64,000 nucleotides of DNA, taken from assembly GCA_010909165.1 (NCBI GenBank), contig MU008150.1, positions 1 to 64,000 on the forward strand, written 5' to 3'. The notes below the pieces were generated by a model, which ran no database searches, was not told where the DNA came from, and saw nothing but the letters and a program-made list of their open reading frames with translations. The position numbers were made by a program, and so were the translations under genes. Positions 38,901 to 53,300 of the stretch are shown here, one piece after another. The stretch's first letter is position 1; the number at the start of each line of letters is the position of its first letter. This stretch comes from Anthoceros angustus. Taxonomy: Eukaryota > Plantae > Anthocerotophyta.

Positions 38901-40259
38901 GTGTCTGAAAGAAGCAATTTGTCGACGTGTTTCCGCAACCTCATGCTCCGACGTTGAGAGCGACCCCCACGATTGGCGCGCGTTGGTGGCTGATCAGGTA
39001 AAATCTTCTCCTCTAGGTACCTGCCTTCAAAAGTGCCAAGAAAAGGATGGTATAATGACTGATGAACGTGTTCATTGAACCTTCCGTTGCTGCTATTTCA
39101 GAGCCTTTTTAACGTAACTTGCAGGTGTTCAGGCTTTATCGTAATCCCGTTGATGCAGTTCAAATGCTCATATTTGATTTCCGGATCCGCCGAAGCTCGA
39201 TCCTCGCCTTTTTCATCAAGCGTTGAAGGATCTGGATACGCATTATCCTTCTTCCTCACCCCAACTTTCCGCACAGAGGACTTTGAAGATTGCATGATGG
39301 TGATGGCGAGGACGCTAGGGAGCAACAAGCATGCAGAGGACGATCCTCCGGCCGCGTTAGAGGCCCCGAAACGCATCAAGAAGCAGCGGAAAAATGCAGT
39401 TGCGGCTGCAAGAGCAGCAGCAGGACCAGTGTAAGGGTGCGTAGCGGATGAGGGGATGCAGAACCCCGCGAATATGGTTACAGTAACCCCACCCGCGATC
39501 ATGCAAATGAGGGAATCCTCTCATGGTAGTGTCCGGGCGTCCACCTCAAAGGGTAGTCAACGGAAAGTATATGAAGACATGGAAGGCCAACGAGGGAGTA
39601 CCAACCTCAGTGGAAATGCAGGAATTGCGATTCCTTATGCTTTTAACTTTGTGGAGCAGCTGAAGGTGAAAAAGCTCCAAGATTCTCTTCCGAAGCGGTA
39701 CAACACCGACAAGGAGTGAAGCGTTATTGCAGAAGAAGAACCGGATGATCCAGGTCTGCCTTGGATTCTACTACTGGCCTTATGGATTAACGGTTATAAT
39801 GGTATTGAGGGGGATTCCCAGGCAAGAGCTGGCTGGATTCTTTGTGCAACAGTTGACAGGATGGGCGAAGATATGCACATACAGTTTCTAGTCCCCAAGA
39901 AACCTCATTTGCACATAAACGATGACATCAACACACATCTCCTCTTGATAATGGATGCTGCCAAGATAATGCCTCGGCATTGTGAGCCATCCAGTTAAAA
40001 TCTGCCTTGCGCGAGTCCAAAAGTGTTCAAGACGTAAGTAAGTTGTATTTCAGTTCTGTATCACTTCCCAAATTCAGTTAGGGTTTCGCCTCATGCTGGT
40101 CTACTAAACTTATTCTGTATATAATGAGCAGGGGGGAGAACAATTTTGCCCTCGCTACGCCAAGGTGTCAAGAACAGTAGAGACGCTACCGGAGATCGGG
40201 CCGAGAGGCGGCGTGTGCAGCTGTCGGAGGCGGTGGGCGGTGTTGAGACTGAACTGATG

Positions 40260-41653
40260 CCTAGGACCATGCAACCAGAGATGGAGGAGGACGAGGTCCC
40301 CGCAGGCCAGGCAGAGCCGAGCTCTCCGGAAGAGGAGGAGCATTCTCCAGCATCAGGGTCGGATGCGGAGGCGAGCCTGGACGAGGCTGTCCAGGGCTCA
40401 AACATGTCCAAATTTTGGGCTCTTCGGACTCTGAGGAGTTTGAGGAAGAGATCACCCCTCCTCCTCTGAAGAGGACCCGCAAGCGCGCACGACAAGGGAA
40501 GAAGAAGAAGGAATCCATACCGGATCTCCGTTGGAGACGAGAAGGCGATTGGCTGGTAAGTTTCATACTGAGAATCCATATGCCCCTCAGCAAACTGAAT
40601 GCATGGAGAAGTTGAAGCAACTTGTTATGGACTACCATGCAGAGTGCACACCAATCAAGCGCAAGAGGAAGGCAAGGTCTCAGGCCGATGATGGAGAAGA
40701 AGTAGCAGGAGGCCGGAAAAAATCAAGGAAAGGGAGGAAGCCTGCAGAAGAAGATCACTGATGCTGAAAGACTTGAGCTCCTGTCACAGGAAGATGACTA
40801 TCTGGAGATGGTTCGTACTCGGGCTTATAAGAAGCGGGTTCAAACCATCACTTTTGATATTCACATTTCATTTCTACGTCCTTCTTCTTTTCTAACGGCA
40901 GATGCTTAGATAAGGAAGGTGGATGAGGCATGGATGAAGTGCCTAGTTAGGCAGATGCAAACAGGTCCTGTGAAGGAAGGAACGCTCCCGCTTTTGTGCA
41001 TGATTGATCCAGCACAGTGCTTAAAGAAGGAAGATGCAGACCCGGAAGAGATAAGAGCCTAACATTATACACTAAGGGTCCTAGGAGGGAACCATTGCTA
41101 TGCCGCCATGCAGACCCTGTCCGAAATGTATCCGGCGGAAGATAAATTTCAATGGCTCGAGGGCCATGTCTATGCAGGCTTGACAGACGAAGAAATGAGG
41201 GTGCTAGCAGTGGATCATAATGTGTATGCAGACAAGAGGAAGAAGCTGGGTTTTATTGAATAAGCTTGGTATATACACGATGAGCTAGAGATTTGGCACC
41301 GGACACACCCCACTAGAAAACCTCATGTGCATTGGAAGTTCAATGTTTATAAGTTGCTGGGGATGCTAGAGGAGGCTGGAAACTCAAAGGACACCGATTA
41401 TGTCCAGAAGATGGTGGATAGGAAGACTTTACCATTAAGGATTACGAGATGCAAAGGTAAATTATGGGAGAACGTGGACACCATTTTCAGAATGTGGGAG
41501 AAGTGCGAACTCCCAGGCGAGGCGGGGACATCGCTGTCGAGACGGCAGGCGGAACGAAAGCATAAGCCACAAGACCCTCATGAGGCGGTCGATCCACACT
41601 TGATGCCCCCCCTCATCCGGCTCCAATGCTGGGAAGGGCATGGCGAGCATTCC
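40260..41653 (+). pseudogene. 5' part of a decayed gene: acidic/basic low-complexity region, then a ParB/sulfiredoxin-like domain
   Basis: One frame from ~40775 reads IRKVDEAWMKCLVRQM...VLGGNHCYAAMQTL...WLEGHVYAGLTDEEMRVLAVDHN (GGNH at 41084-41095). It has three in-frame stops and is cut by the CACTA terminus. Confidence 0.6.
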
Positions 41654-41667
41654 CACTACTAGGAAAA

Positions 41668-42080
41668 CGGGCCTTTTACTATAGGCTTTTTAGAGCAGAG
41701 ATTCGAGGCTCAAGTCGATTTACAACGGGCTTCATGGTTCATGGATTATTTTCTTGTATAGCCATTCGTGTTACTACAGGGCTCTAGTGTTTTACTACGG
41801 GGTGTATTTAGCCACGCTATTCGATGACGTGGCATAGCAAGCTACTTTACTACGAGGGCTCTTGGTTGCAACACGCATAGATCCGATCAATGACTTTACA
41901 ACAATGAATGTCTTGTTTACGCACGTAGTAAACACCATCAAATGCATTTACAACGATTTTCTTTTACAACGGCCCATGGTCTACTTACAATGGGAAGTGG
42001 TTTACAACGCATTGTCAAGTTTTACAACGGGCTTTTACAGACATACATACCTTACAACAACACGCGGTTTACAATGAGGA
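41668..42080. repeat. CACTA left subterminal repeats
   Basis: Many TTTACAAC(G)/TTACTAC motifs. Confidence 0.85.
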
Positions 42081-44949
42081 TCAAAGGTATGTGAGCATTC
42101 ATGTGCATATGGTATAGGGTTTGAGGAAGGGTTCAGAACTCGAATGAAAAGGTGGCCGCTTTATTGAGGCGTGCTCACCCAAAACTATGGGTCGGTCACC
42201 AAAACAAACACAACATCAACACGAACTTCGCACAAAGCGGGATGGCGACGCATCTCACTCGAGAATCTACCGGATGCGGGCGCGGCAGTCCCGTCTGCGT
42301 GCATCCTCTCCTCACCCACCACACGCTCAATTCCGTGTTCTCAATGCCAACCACCTTCTCCAATTCGGCCACAAGGAGGTGGTAGCCGTGAAAATCCTCG
42401 GGCTTCAGGCACCAGCTTCCATTTTCGGAACATCTGATTGGCAAACCTCTGCACCTCCCGTGCACGCTCTAGCTTGTCAAGCGTGCTTGTGCACGGTCGC
42501 ATCGGGCACGAGATATTGGTGAGAAAGGGGCCGGGCTTGTCGATAAGAGCGAGCTCTTTCGGTGTCCTCAAAATTGCGCTCCCATGACCGGTGTTGAAAG
42601 CCATAGCGCTAGCTTGGGCGCCGTCTTCCACAACCAGGTGCAAGGCAACAAAAACACAGTGGAACCCATCGATCGAAATGAGAATTGAGGCCGCATAAGC
42701 AGCGCTGCACGACGCAAAAGCGAGTTCTCGGCATGCAACTTTCCCCAAAGCGAGATCTATAACACTACCTCTACAACACTACAAATCGGCACAACCTGGA
42801 AAAACTCATGGTCGCGCACCTCAATCGCGGTAGGACCACGATCTCAGGTGTGGTGAATGAACTCGCTGAACAGGTGAAGTGGCTTGAAGGCAATGCACCC
42901 TTTTGTTGCCGACTAGGGCAAATGAGAGGCCGCCAGGTGTCTTGGACCCTCGAGTACATTCAGCGGCATGCCGCAGTACATGGTCTGGAAGCCAAGTTCC
43001 GAAAATGACTAGTCAGAAAAACTCAACATCAACTTTAGTGGTCATGGCCAAGTACCCTGTCAAAGTTTATGACCAAGAGGATATGTATTTGACCGAGATG
43101 ATATGTATTTGGTATACCATGTTCCCAAGACCCAAGGAACCCTAAACCATGGTCCGAAACTAGAGAAAAGCTAACTCATGTCCCGGAACCCAAGGAACCG
43201 TAAACCATGTTCCCAAAACCCAAAGTGTTAACACTAAACCATTTTTCCAAAACCCAAGGACTACTCAAATCATTGGAGTTTAACTGCTACCAAAACCCAA
43301 GGACAATGGGGAAAACCCATTTCCAGCATTTATAACCGATGGTCACGAACCCGAAATGAAATCATGGCCAATATTATAAATCAAACCCCAAAACCCAAGG
43401 ACATGGGGAAAACCCACAAGCATAGCGTTTCAACTTATCCTTGGGTTTGAAACTCTTGCCAGTAACTATGATTAGGTTAAATATTCAAATACCAAGCTCA
43501 ATGTGCGGGCTATAAATGCGTGAATAATGCGGCAGAAATTAACCTCGAAAAATAGCCCGCTCACACGAGACACCGGAGGAGAAGTGTTCTTCTTCGAGAG
43601 AATGCGCGGGAAATACATGTCTTTGCGAAGATGTCGAAAAGCACCAGAAAGGGCCCCGCACGTCATCTCTGTTTTGCCGATTACCGTGACACGAAGAATG
43701 CAAGACATCTATGAACGCGTCCGCACACCGCTCTCTTGTGGTCGAGGATATACCACGTCCATCCCGCAGCTCGAGGAGCGCAAAGCGATTAGAAGAAGAC
43801 ACGCAAGTGTGGTAAAGGCAAGTTTAGGGTCAAGGTATGTCAGCATGAGGGCGTTGTTCTTTCTCTGTGGGCTTTTCATTCATGTGTTTGTGTTGTTGTT
43901 TTCTCGTGCCGTTCGCTACAGAGCTCCTGTTTTTCACAACCAGCAATGGGTGCAGATGCCAAAAGCCAGGAAGATAGAATGTCATGCCGAGGCGGACATC
44001 GAGACAAGGCGATTAAGCGGTGGCTGGCGAGGATGCGCCGTCGAGGCCCCGGAAGGCTATGACGTCGGACCCAGATGGTTGTGAAAAACAAGAACTTGGC
44101 GCATCTTTGCGATCTTAGGGCGCGCCTCAACACCTAAAAGGTAAGTGGAGTGCGGTGAAGAAGTTGAGGACCTTGAGCAGGAAGAAGACGCCAATGGTGA
44201 CGAGGATGAGCGAACATGTACAGTTGGAAGACATCAGCAGGCAAGAGGTAGCAAGGGGGGTGATCGTGGACGAGCTAAGCGCGCACTACACCATAGTAGG
44301 CGATGTTGTAACGCTTTTGTAGTAACGATATTCCCTGTTTTGTAACAATGCTTTGCGTTTGTAACGTTTTTTTCGGCAATAAACCAGGAGCGGGTTTGTG
44401 AGTAGAATGTTACTCCACGCGTTACATTATCTGGCGTTACTGAGCGATTTTGTAACGGATGTAACCTTTGGTTAGAGATTAACTGGCCCCCTTTCCCGTG
44501 AGCTCTGTGGCCGCCACTTGGCTTCCTCTCCTGCCCGAGCCGCCACGTCCCATCACGCCGCATACGCTACCATTTTTTCATCCCCCGTACTCACATGTCC
44601 ATATCTCTCCTTGCACGGGCATATTTCCCTGCGTATGTATGCGCCACGTGGTATCCACCCCGTTTTCCGCCATGGGTTTATATGTTCTGGAAGAGCGCCA
44701 CATGTCGGGGAGGCTCGCTGTGACCGTACATGCCTCCGTGATCCCCGTTTTCACATGCTGCTTGTGGCCGCACAGGCTCCACATGTCGGCATTCCCGTTC
44801 TGACGCGCCGTACTTCATCCATTTGTGCTGGTTGCAATTCTTTGGTATCCGACCACGTGGGCTTCTCTGCCACGATTGGCGAGCCATTAATGATGCTTTC
44901 CTTCATTACTTTCGATCTATATTTAAAACACTTCATTACGCAATAAGGT

Positions 44950-47300
44950 AGTTTTCAATTGTTCGTCATTCTGATTAGTAATATGTTATTACTAGATATA
45001 CCCTTCCATTTCAGGGCCACACATGTTTGGTCCACTGCCACTCTGTCTGCCTGCATATATAATGTAACCGAGGCATTGTGTCGTTCCACGTGCAAGGGCC
45101 CGGCGAGGTGCGCCATGAGGTGTGGCGATGGATGTATGCAGTCTATGCGTCCTGGACCGGGCCTACCTTTCGCCCCCATCTACGCCCCTATTCAAATGTG
45201 TACACTCCATACCCGCTGACATTGAAATCGCAGACCTCAATAATCTCCAGCGAACGGGGTGCAGGCTCTCGGCGTCGTGTGCTTCCCTTTCCCTTTGTTC
45301 TTCGCCGCGTCCTTTCGTGCAGGGCACCGCCTTTTCTCCGGCCCATGGTCCCGGATGCTTCCGCTCCTTCATAGATTCCGAATTGACTTCCAGCGCACCG
45401 GAGACCATTGCTCTTCTTCAGATGATGCAGATGTTTCAAGTCTCCCAATTTCCACACGCAGAATCAATTTCAAAGTCAACATAAAAGCATGTGTTGTAAG
45501 CGGCATATCTGTTATCACACCTCATCCTCTCTGGCTTTTCTTCCCACGTCCGCGATAGTGGCTTTAGCAGACCGACCTCTCCGCACACGTCCATGCCCTA
45601 TGTTTGCCTCCCCGCCATCCTCTACAGTCCGGAGCGCTCCCTCTGGTAGCGATAGCTGGTGGCTAGTCGTAGCCATCTCCATCCTCTCAAGCAAAGACGG
45701 ACTTTCCAGGCCCCCACAGAATCCACTGCTCGGTATTTGGCAGTTGGGGCTTCTGGCCCGTCCTCTCCACCCTCCTCTCCCACTTCCTCCATACCTCCTT
45801 CCTCTCCATTGTGCTCTGTACAACATCATCCTGGTTAGATTCACACATGGCAGGTGCAAAGGCAATTGCAAAGGCAATCTACTATTCTCAATCTATGTGC
45901 AATCCATGTGCACGAGTTTCCGCCCCTCGTTGTCCGTCATTTTTCCACCGCCCAACCACCCCGTCCATATTTCCGCGGGATGCAGAACACGCAAACCACC
46001 TTACCCAATTCCAGAAAAGTACTTGCCCAAAGCTCTGGCATGTTTTCTACTTAGAACCCGGCACTCTTACGCCCATGTTGGATGTCTTCCCAGCACTTCC
46101 GAAACTTGGCACAGTATCCCTCTCGCCCTTGTCTGCCGTATGGGTTGGGTCCGTTGGTTCCCCTTCCGCTCGACAGCGGCAGCTATGGCTTCTTGGCGCG
46201 TTAAGCACCTCGGCTTCCACTTGCGCGTACCTTGCCTCTTCATCTGTCGCACTTCACCATACATCCTTTGCAATGTTGGGAGGCATGCGCGCTTGCTTCT
46301 CTGCCTTCCTCCCGGCTGCCTTTTGTTGATCACAAGTGCTCTTGCCTTCCTACTGCCCGGATCCGAGATCTTTGTGGCCCATTGCTTGTTCACCTCCCAC
46401 TTGATAAGCCGTGCGTTTTTTGTGACTCTTCTTTCTTGTCCTCCACCAGCTCCCTCCGGCCCGATAGTATGTCCGTTTGCACTAGTTGGTGCACCATGTT
46501 CAACACCGCGCCACTCAAAGTGGGTGAGCCCTCCTCGGCGAGCGTCTAACGAACTTCCGCGGAGGTGCGATCCAAGCACCCCACCACAGTGCTTCTTCCG
46601 GAGAACGCTCTCAAGTGGCGAACCCCTCCTTACCCACGGATGTCAAAATTCGGCGGAAATGGGCTCTACCTCTCCTTCTGACAAAGGAGCCCTTCGGCTC
46701 TGCTGGAGGGCTCCAACTGTCGGCCCCTCTCCTTCCTGTTCTTCTTCCCCACCGGCTACCTCCCGCTCCGCCCATGCTTCCTGCCAGTTTGCTAAGATCT
46801 CTGCTCGAGCGAGGGCGACTTCATCGTGACACCCCGGTCTGAGTTGAGACTCGATGACTTCCTCGTCGGTCGCGCTAGGCAAGCCGTCCATATGCCCTTC
46901 TTCGTCTGCAAGCCCGCCATCCGCTACGGGTGATCCTCGCCCGCGCTGCTGATGGTCACCCAGAGTACCGCCTCGCAGCTCCCAACCGGCGCCATTGCCA
47001 TCGTCACAAGCAATTTGCCGGCAATCTGCTGCGCTGTCGTGTGCTCTCGCCGTCGCCGCTTCAGCCCGCGCCGCTCCCTGCCGATGGTGTGTCCGTGTTC
47101 CCCGTCGCCCCTCGTGCATCGCGTCCACTGCCCGCGGACCACCCTGCACCGCAGGTGGTTTCCCCACCTTCGTCCGAGCCATTGCCGCCGCGCTCCACCT
47201 CTTCCAAGCTTGTTGAAATGTGTGATGTTGTCGAGTGCTCGGCTCCGCTTGCATATCCATGTTCACGCTGGTGATCTTTCTACCACACTGCAAGTGTTCA
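44950..47300 (-). pseudogene. Decayed second ORF of the CACTA element (TnpA-like by position)
   Basis: Long frameshifted minus-strand ORFs 46643-47293, 46067-46579 and 45515-45877 lie downstream of the transposase in the same orientation. No diagnostic motif was recognised. Confidence 0.45.
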
Positions 47301-49099
47301 AAATTTGAATGCCATTAAGCATATATCCGTGCCCAAATGTCCCAGACATTGTGCACATTGTACGGTACCATGCACCCTGATCTTCCAATGGCCTCCCCCC
47401 ACGCGATTCACGAGCCAGCTCCGGCTCTTTGATTGATCTTGTCCTTCCACTGTCGCCGCCCTCTTGTACAGGCGTGAGCTCTATTCGATCCAGCGCCCCA
47501 TAGGCAGCAGTGCATGCGCGGCTGTCCTAGGTTCTATCGTGTGACCCTTCAATGTTCTCACCTCACCAGCGGCGTGGGACGTAAGGTCGGTCAAACCAAG
47601 TGAGTTGAATGGTGGCAGAAGGTACATAGTCTTGGACCATCGCAGCCACGGTTCTTTCCGATACCGCTTGTTTCCTGCCGAACATGGACTCGCAGGCCGA
47701 TGTCCCCAGTTTCTCATTGCATTGGAGCACGGCGCTTTCTGGTGACCCACCGCGGATGGCCAACCCCCGGTGTGGCGTGCGGTGGATGCATCGAGTCTTT
47801 CACACGGCCTGGTGTCGAACGCCTCCACCCGAAGGAGCGTCGCCCGTGTTCACGGTGGGAAATATGACCCTTGACAGGGCCGAGGCCGATGGGGATGGCC
47901 TTCTAAGCCGAACATGGAGAACTCGGTGAGCTTATGGCCGTCGATTGAAGTGCATCATTGTGTCTTTGTCTCCGCCGTGGGATCCGTCATTCCTCACCCG
48001 TTGCTCCCGACATGTTGGGGATGCATTCGAGTGGGACGACATTTGCTAGAAAGGTCCCTGAACATTGCAGTTCTGCTTCTTTCACCACCTCGAGGGAGGT
48101 GCCTTCGCTGGCTTCTCATGTAAATGTCGCGGCAAGTGAACCGCATCATTCGAACCAGGGAAACTTGGTGAATGCTTTTGTGTCTACACGCTGGCAAGAA
48201 CGGGCGGCGCTCGCCCTTTTATTCTGTTTTCCTCTATATGCCCGCAAGGGAGTTGAACAATGCCCAAATCGCAAATCAAACATTGCAGTTGTACCGATCG
48301 GTTGCCGCACGGTGTCCAGACGCTCTTGGGAAGTTTCTAAAGGCAAGTGTCACTCACCACGCGCGTGTACTTCACCATCTCAACTTGCGGAGCCTCGGCA
48401 AGGAGGCAGCGCGATTCCATTCCATGGACCAAGATGGTTATTAGTGACTCACAGGGTGACTATCCGTGCATTTAAGGCCTTTGTCTTCCTTGAGTATCGG
48501 TAATAATATGAGGTCCCCGTACGTTAATCCACCTCACATCGGCATATTCCCTTGATTCCGTAGGGTACTTCACCAAAAATTTTAGGGTTAAGTGATCCTT
48601 GACGGTGCAAAGGGTGGGCACACAACACCTCACATATTTTGAAGGACAAACCTAATTCAATTCCAAAGCAAATATAAATAGGGTAATTGTTGTCTACCAA
48701 AGTCCGAGCGAACATGGGGTAGGGTTAAGAGTCCGGTTTAGGATTTAACCTGAGTTTGTGGTTTGACTGCGCGAATCTTCTTGACCACTCAAGTTCGCGC
48801 ACCATATGTCTGTCGAGACCTTATTGTGCATGTCCTTATAAGGCCGCGGGTTTACATCTACATGTGAGTGCGAGCTCGCCCAGTGCTCCGGCCGCGTGCC
48901 AGACACTCGTTCATGCCAGTTGGGCATATAAGGAGGCATCGCATTCCTAGCTTACCAGGCCCAGTTCGCTTCCTCGGCTGCGGAAATTTCTATTCCGCCC
49001 GGCAGCGATCTTAGCTTGCGGCCTCTTCCTATTCCGATTGCCCTGGCAAGCATCGGCCGTCCTCAAGGAGCTTCAATCTCTGGGCCTTCCCTTCCACGA

Positions 49100-52000
49100 A
49101 GGGTTGCTCCTACGGGTCCGGGCTCAATCGCTGCAAATGTCTGGAGGAAATGGGCCGAGCACCCGGGATGGCTGGGCGGCAGAGTGCCTAGAACTCTACC
49201 GGCAAACCTGGGAGCAGGCTTGGGCAGTTCGGAGGCTTCCAGAGCGCGATCCACACACGTCGAGCGGGCCGGACCGGCTATGGCGCAATCCCTCGGGCGT
49301 TGGATTTCAAGCGTCGGATCATGGAGATGGGGCGGTGCATACTGGAGATTATTGCCCTCTCCGAGGCTCAGGTCAGGCCCGGATCAGGATGTGTCTTCCT
49401 TGGTGGATTGCATCTCGCCACGTCTTAGAGATCTTTTATAGAGCTGCAGCGTTGTGGCAATCCATAGAGGCCCTTTCAACCCGTCTCTTCCTTGAGCTCG
49501 GAAGCGGCTTTGTTCATGTGCTAGCGGATGCCCATTAGAAAGCTTGCGGTAGGCCCTAAATTCGTGCCTTTCAGCGGTTTAGTAAAATAAACCACCGTGG
49601 CTTAGCGCTCTCGTTGTCGTTCTTTGGTAGTATAGGTGCGTTTATCCTATGGTGAAAGGAAGCTGTTCGGCACTCGAAGGTGTCGCGATGGGGCGGACAC
49701 GTTGTCTCGATTCCGCTCATCGCCGTCGTGAGGAACTCCCATTCGCCATTGTGTGAAATGAGGCACAAAGGCCGTTGGCTCGTCTGCTTCCTCCTCCCGT
49801 CTAATCCATGTGCCTTCTCTTATGGATGGCGGCGATGGGGCGCTGGAATGCTTGGGGTCAACCCGCCCATGCCTCCAGTCAAAAAACCCTCCCGTGACCG
49901 GCCGGAAAGCGTGAGTAGGTGCGCCCTGCCCAGGCGCACGGATGGCATGCACTACGGTACATGCAGAATGAATGGTCCTTGTGCATGGGCGGGACGATTT
50001 GATTTCCGTATGCACGCGTGGCAGGTACTATGGGTCAAAAAAACGTCATGTCCCTATGCATCTGAATCTGGATAGTGTTTGGACTGGTAGGGCACTCACA
50101 GACCTCCCATCCACGTTGTGAAGGGAGGTGCGAGGATGAAACAATGCTTGTGTGACTGGCCGGAATGTATGCGGACCGCTTCATCGTCTCCATCCGTGTA
50201 CTCATATTCTTTTACGGTGTCCACCAAGAGGAACCATCATCTCGCATGGACACATTCTCCTCGCATTGGTACCACTTCACCTTGAACACAAATGGCGTAT
50301 ATGCCGCCTGGAGTTGCGGTATTTGTTGAATTCTCCACAGAATATGCTCCGCCGCTTTGTTCCAACCTTCCACATTGAATGACCCCTTGTCACAGGTTGC
50401 CTTCATGTGTTTATCTCCTTTTGATGCGTAATGGTATCCGTAGGCACGTAGTGCGATAGCTCTTGATGCTCGGGCCCCGAATGAGGTCCTCAATTTACGG
50501 TGTGAGGACAAGCCCCTCGTCCCCGGCCAGCGTTTTGTTCATCTCCGCCGGGCCCATGAGCCTCGCCGACACACTTCAGCCAATCGCGATGTGAGGCGGG
50601 CTTCCACCCCGTCTGTACTCCTCAAGGAATAGGCGGAGGGCGTTCTTAAAATATCGAGTGCACCTCGAAGTGGGCCTCTGCGGTCATCTCCTTGTCCTCC
50701 GGTTTCCGATTCCCATATCCTCCTCCGACCAAATTAGGCTCCGTCGTTGGCGCCGATGTCCCGCCATCGTGTATTTCCACCAAATATTATACGCAATAAA
50801 ACATGGCCTCTCTCATGCAATAACCCTCGACCATGCATGCCTGGATGAGCCATGTTTACACCATATCTTTTAAAACTTTCATATACCGTTCTATGAAATA
50901 CATCCAGCAGACGGGGATGCCCCATGTACTTCACGACAGTGCACCACCATGTACTTGGATGTCAAAGAACTTGGGCGGCATAACTCTCTCCAATTGTGCC
51001 ATCGTTTCATGAGCCAGCAACCGCATTGCCTCGATTTCTCGTCTTTCAATCTCCCGCCTCCCCAGCCAGCGGAACAACCTCGCAAGCCCTGCGATGGGGT
51101 CATAGACTTCTCTTGGCAATGCACCGCGCAACACTATTGGCAGGTAGTACTCTAACACCTTCTTCCAGTCATGTGTTTTCAAGCCAGATAATTTGCCTTG
51201 TGTTAACTTCCGCCCTATGTGAGTTGAGAACCACAGCATGGCGGATCTTCATAGCTGGTCATGGACTATGGCATGGCCAAAGCGGGATGACATATTTGAC
51301 TTCAAATGTGGCATCCACGTTTCATCCGGACCACAAATGGGCTTTGGTGCACACCTGGATCCGCCATGTCCCTCCTGCCAAGTCATCCTTTGGCCCGTCA
51401 AGAAGCCATATAATGAGACAACCACGTTTTTGAGGTGTGCATACCATCCTTTAGGTCAGGGAGCAAATTACATGGACGCATCTCCATGCGGAGTAAATTT
51501 CATCATTGCAAGCGATGAAATACAAAAGCGAGAAATCACACATTTTGTTTATGCGAAATCGCCATCCACTTCTTTGTCACGTTCCACGGCTGCGCTCGCT
51601 CCGTTCATCGGTGGCCTCTCCATCTCGGAGGCGAACCAGCGGGCAGGCGGTGGCGGTTTCAATGGCACCATTGAAAAGATGTACGTCGCTCCTCAATGGA
51701 TGGTCCTCTGGTAGAAACTTCGCTCATAGTACACCACCTTGTTCGGATGTGGGAGTACCTTGCATCCAAGTGCTTCCAACACATATGGCATGCCATGTAC
51801 CACGATGTTTGAAGCCCACAAGCACCCCATGCCGGTAATCGGTGGTGTTCCGGACTCGAGCTTAAATGCTCTCATTGGATGCCCAATTGGGTATGATGCG
51901 TCGATGGCATCCACTCCGATCCAAAGCCGCGAAGGTCCTCGTACAATGGCTGTAAAAAGACATCAAGGTTTTCAGCCTTATGTGGGCCGGGTATGATAAC

Positions 52001-53300
52001 GCATGTGATAATGTAATCCTTGCGGATGGTCTTCCACGGAGGAACATTATAGTTCACGAGCAGTACCGGCCACACGCTGTAAGTGGAATGTTTTTGCCCA
52101 AATGGGTTGACCCCATCAGTGGAGAGCCCAAATCGAAGGTTCCGGTCTTCAGCCCCAAAGCCGTCAATCGCATCAAGAGCGGCCCAAGCGGGCGTGTCTG
52201 CCATTATGCTCATTTTGCCTTCATTACTCCACGAGCGGTGAGCCACACAATCACGGGAGGCGAAGGCACCATATACATCCGGCAGCGCTTCTGTGATAAA
52301 TACCACATCACTTTTTCCGCCCATTTTTCTTCATGGTGCCCTTCTTGAATCTTTTCAACCCACATTTCCAACACTTTTATCATTTCATGCTGGCCCCTAT
52401 AGCATACTTGGGGCACGTCGATCTTGTTGGGAACCTAGGCTTAGAGAAGCCATGATCGTGGAAGCTTGATCCTTCCCCGGGCATGGTATTTCCATCCGGC
52501 AATATAGATTGATGCGGCTTGTGATAAGCGTTCATGCCGCATGCGATCACCGTACTGGATGTCAAGCGGTAGCATGGTGGCGGACGGGATCACGAGTTTG
52601 CCCAAGAAACAATGGCGTTTCTACGAACAATCTTCTCCATGGACCGGGCTTATCACCTTCCGCCAAAGGACTCTTCCCCCACGGCGAGGCAGTCATCATT
52701 GTCACGATCGGCATCGAGAAATCCTCGTCGTGCGGCGATTCGGACGCATCCGCATGTTCTTGTTCGGTCGTCGCCGTCCACATCGTCATGCGCATTCGAC
52801 ATGCACATCCGATCAAGGTCGAGTCGTCATGGTCCGCATGGATATGGGAGGGATGGGGTGCCCTCTCGACTTGCATCGACACCCTCACCCGGGTTAGCGT
52901 GCCAGCCGGTGGTCGCGGGGCGATGGTCTAATCCAACATCCGCGGGACACGTTTCCGTTTCTTACAAAATCGGCAAGGGCACCATATGACATGCCCTCTA
53001 TGCATTCCTCCATGCCTGCGGACACACGTGCCAAAGTGGCGTGATAGAGCCCACACAAATGATGACTCGCGGGGCGCGCCTTGTCGATGGTATTGGAAGG
53101 AGACGAGTTCGAGCATCTGGGCGGAGTTGCGTCGATCGAGTTTGGTGGAAGCACAGTGCGGCCGGCCAGTGTTCAAATCCTCGGCGGTGTCGGATAAGCT
53201 CCTTGACACGCAGCGCCAGAACGCCGGGCGAAGTGGTGTTGTTGTAGTCGACGGCCCGCCATCGCGGCAGAGTTCTTCACGAAGACATGGCCACGCCACC
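49100..53300 (-). pseudogene. CACTA transposase (transposase-associated domain, Transposase_21/Tnp2, DUF4218, DUF4216), frameshifted
   Basis: IWCPCRFC...GWHANPGE; RNLRFGLSTDGVNPFG...VWPVLLVNYNVPPW...IIPGP...LDVFLQPLYEDL; GLKTHDWKKVLEYYLP...MPPKFFDIQVH; FKVKWY. The 3' limit is approximate. Confidence 0.9.

Noticed and set aside
48220-48290. CLICDLGIVQLPCGH on the minus strand as a RING finger
   Set aside because: The remaining zinc ligands are absent and the frame closes soon after.
48575-48730. TTTAGGG/TTAGGG telomere-like words
   Set aside because: Isolated occurrences, not an array.
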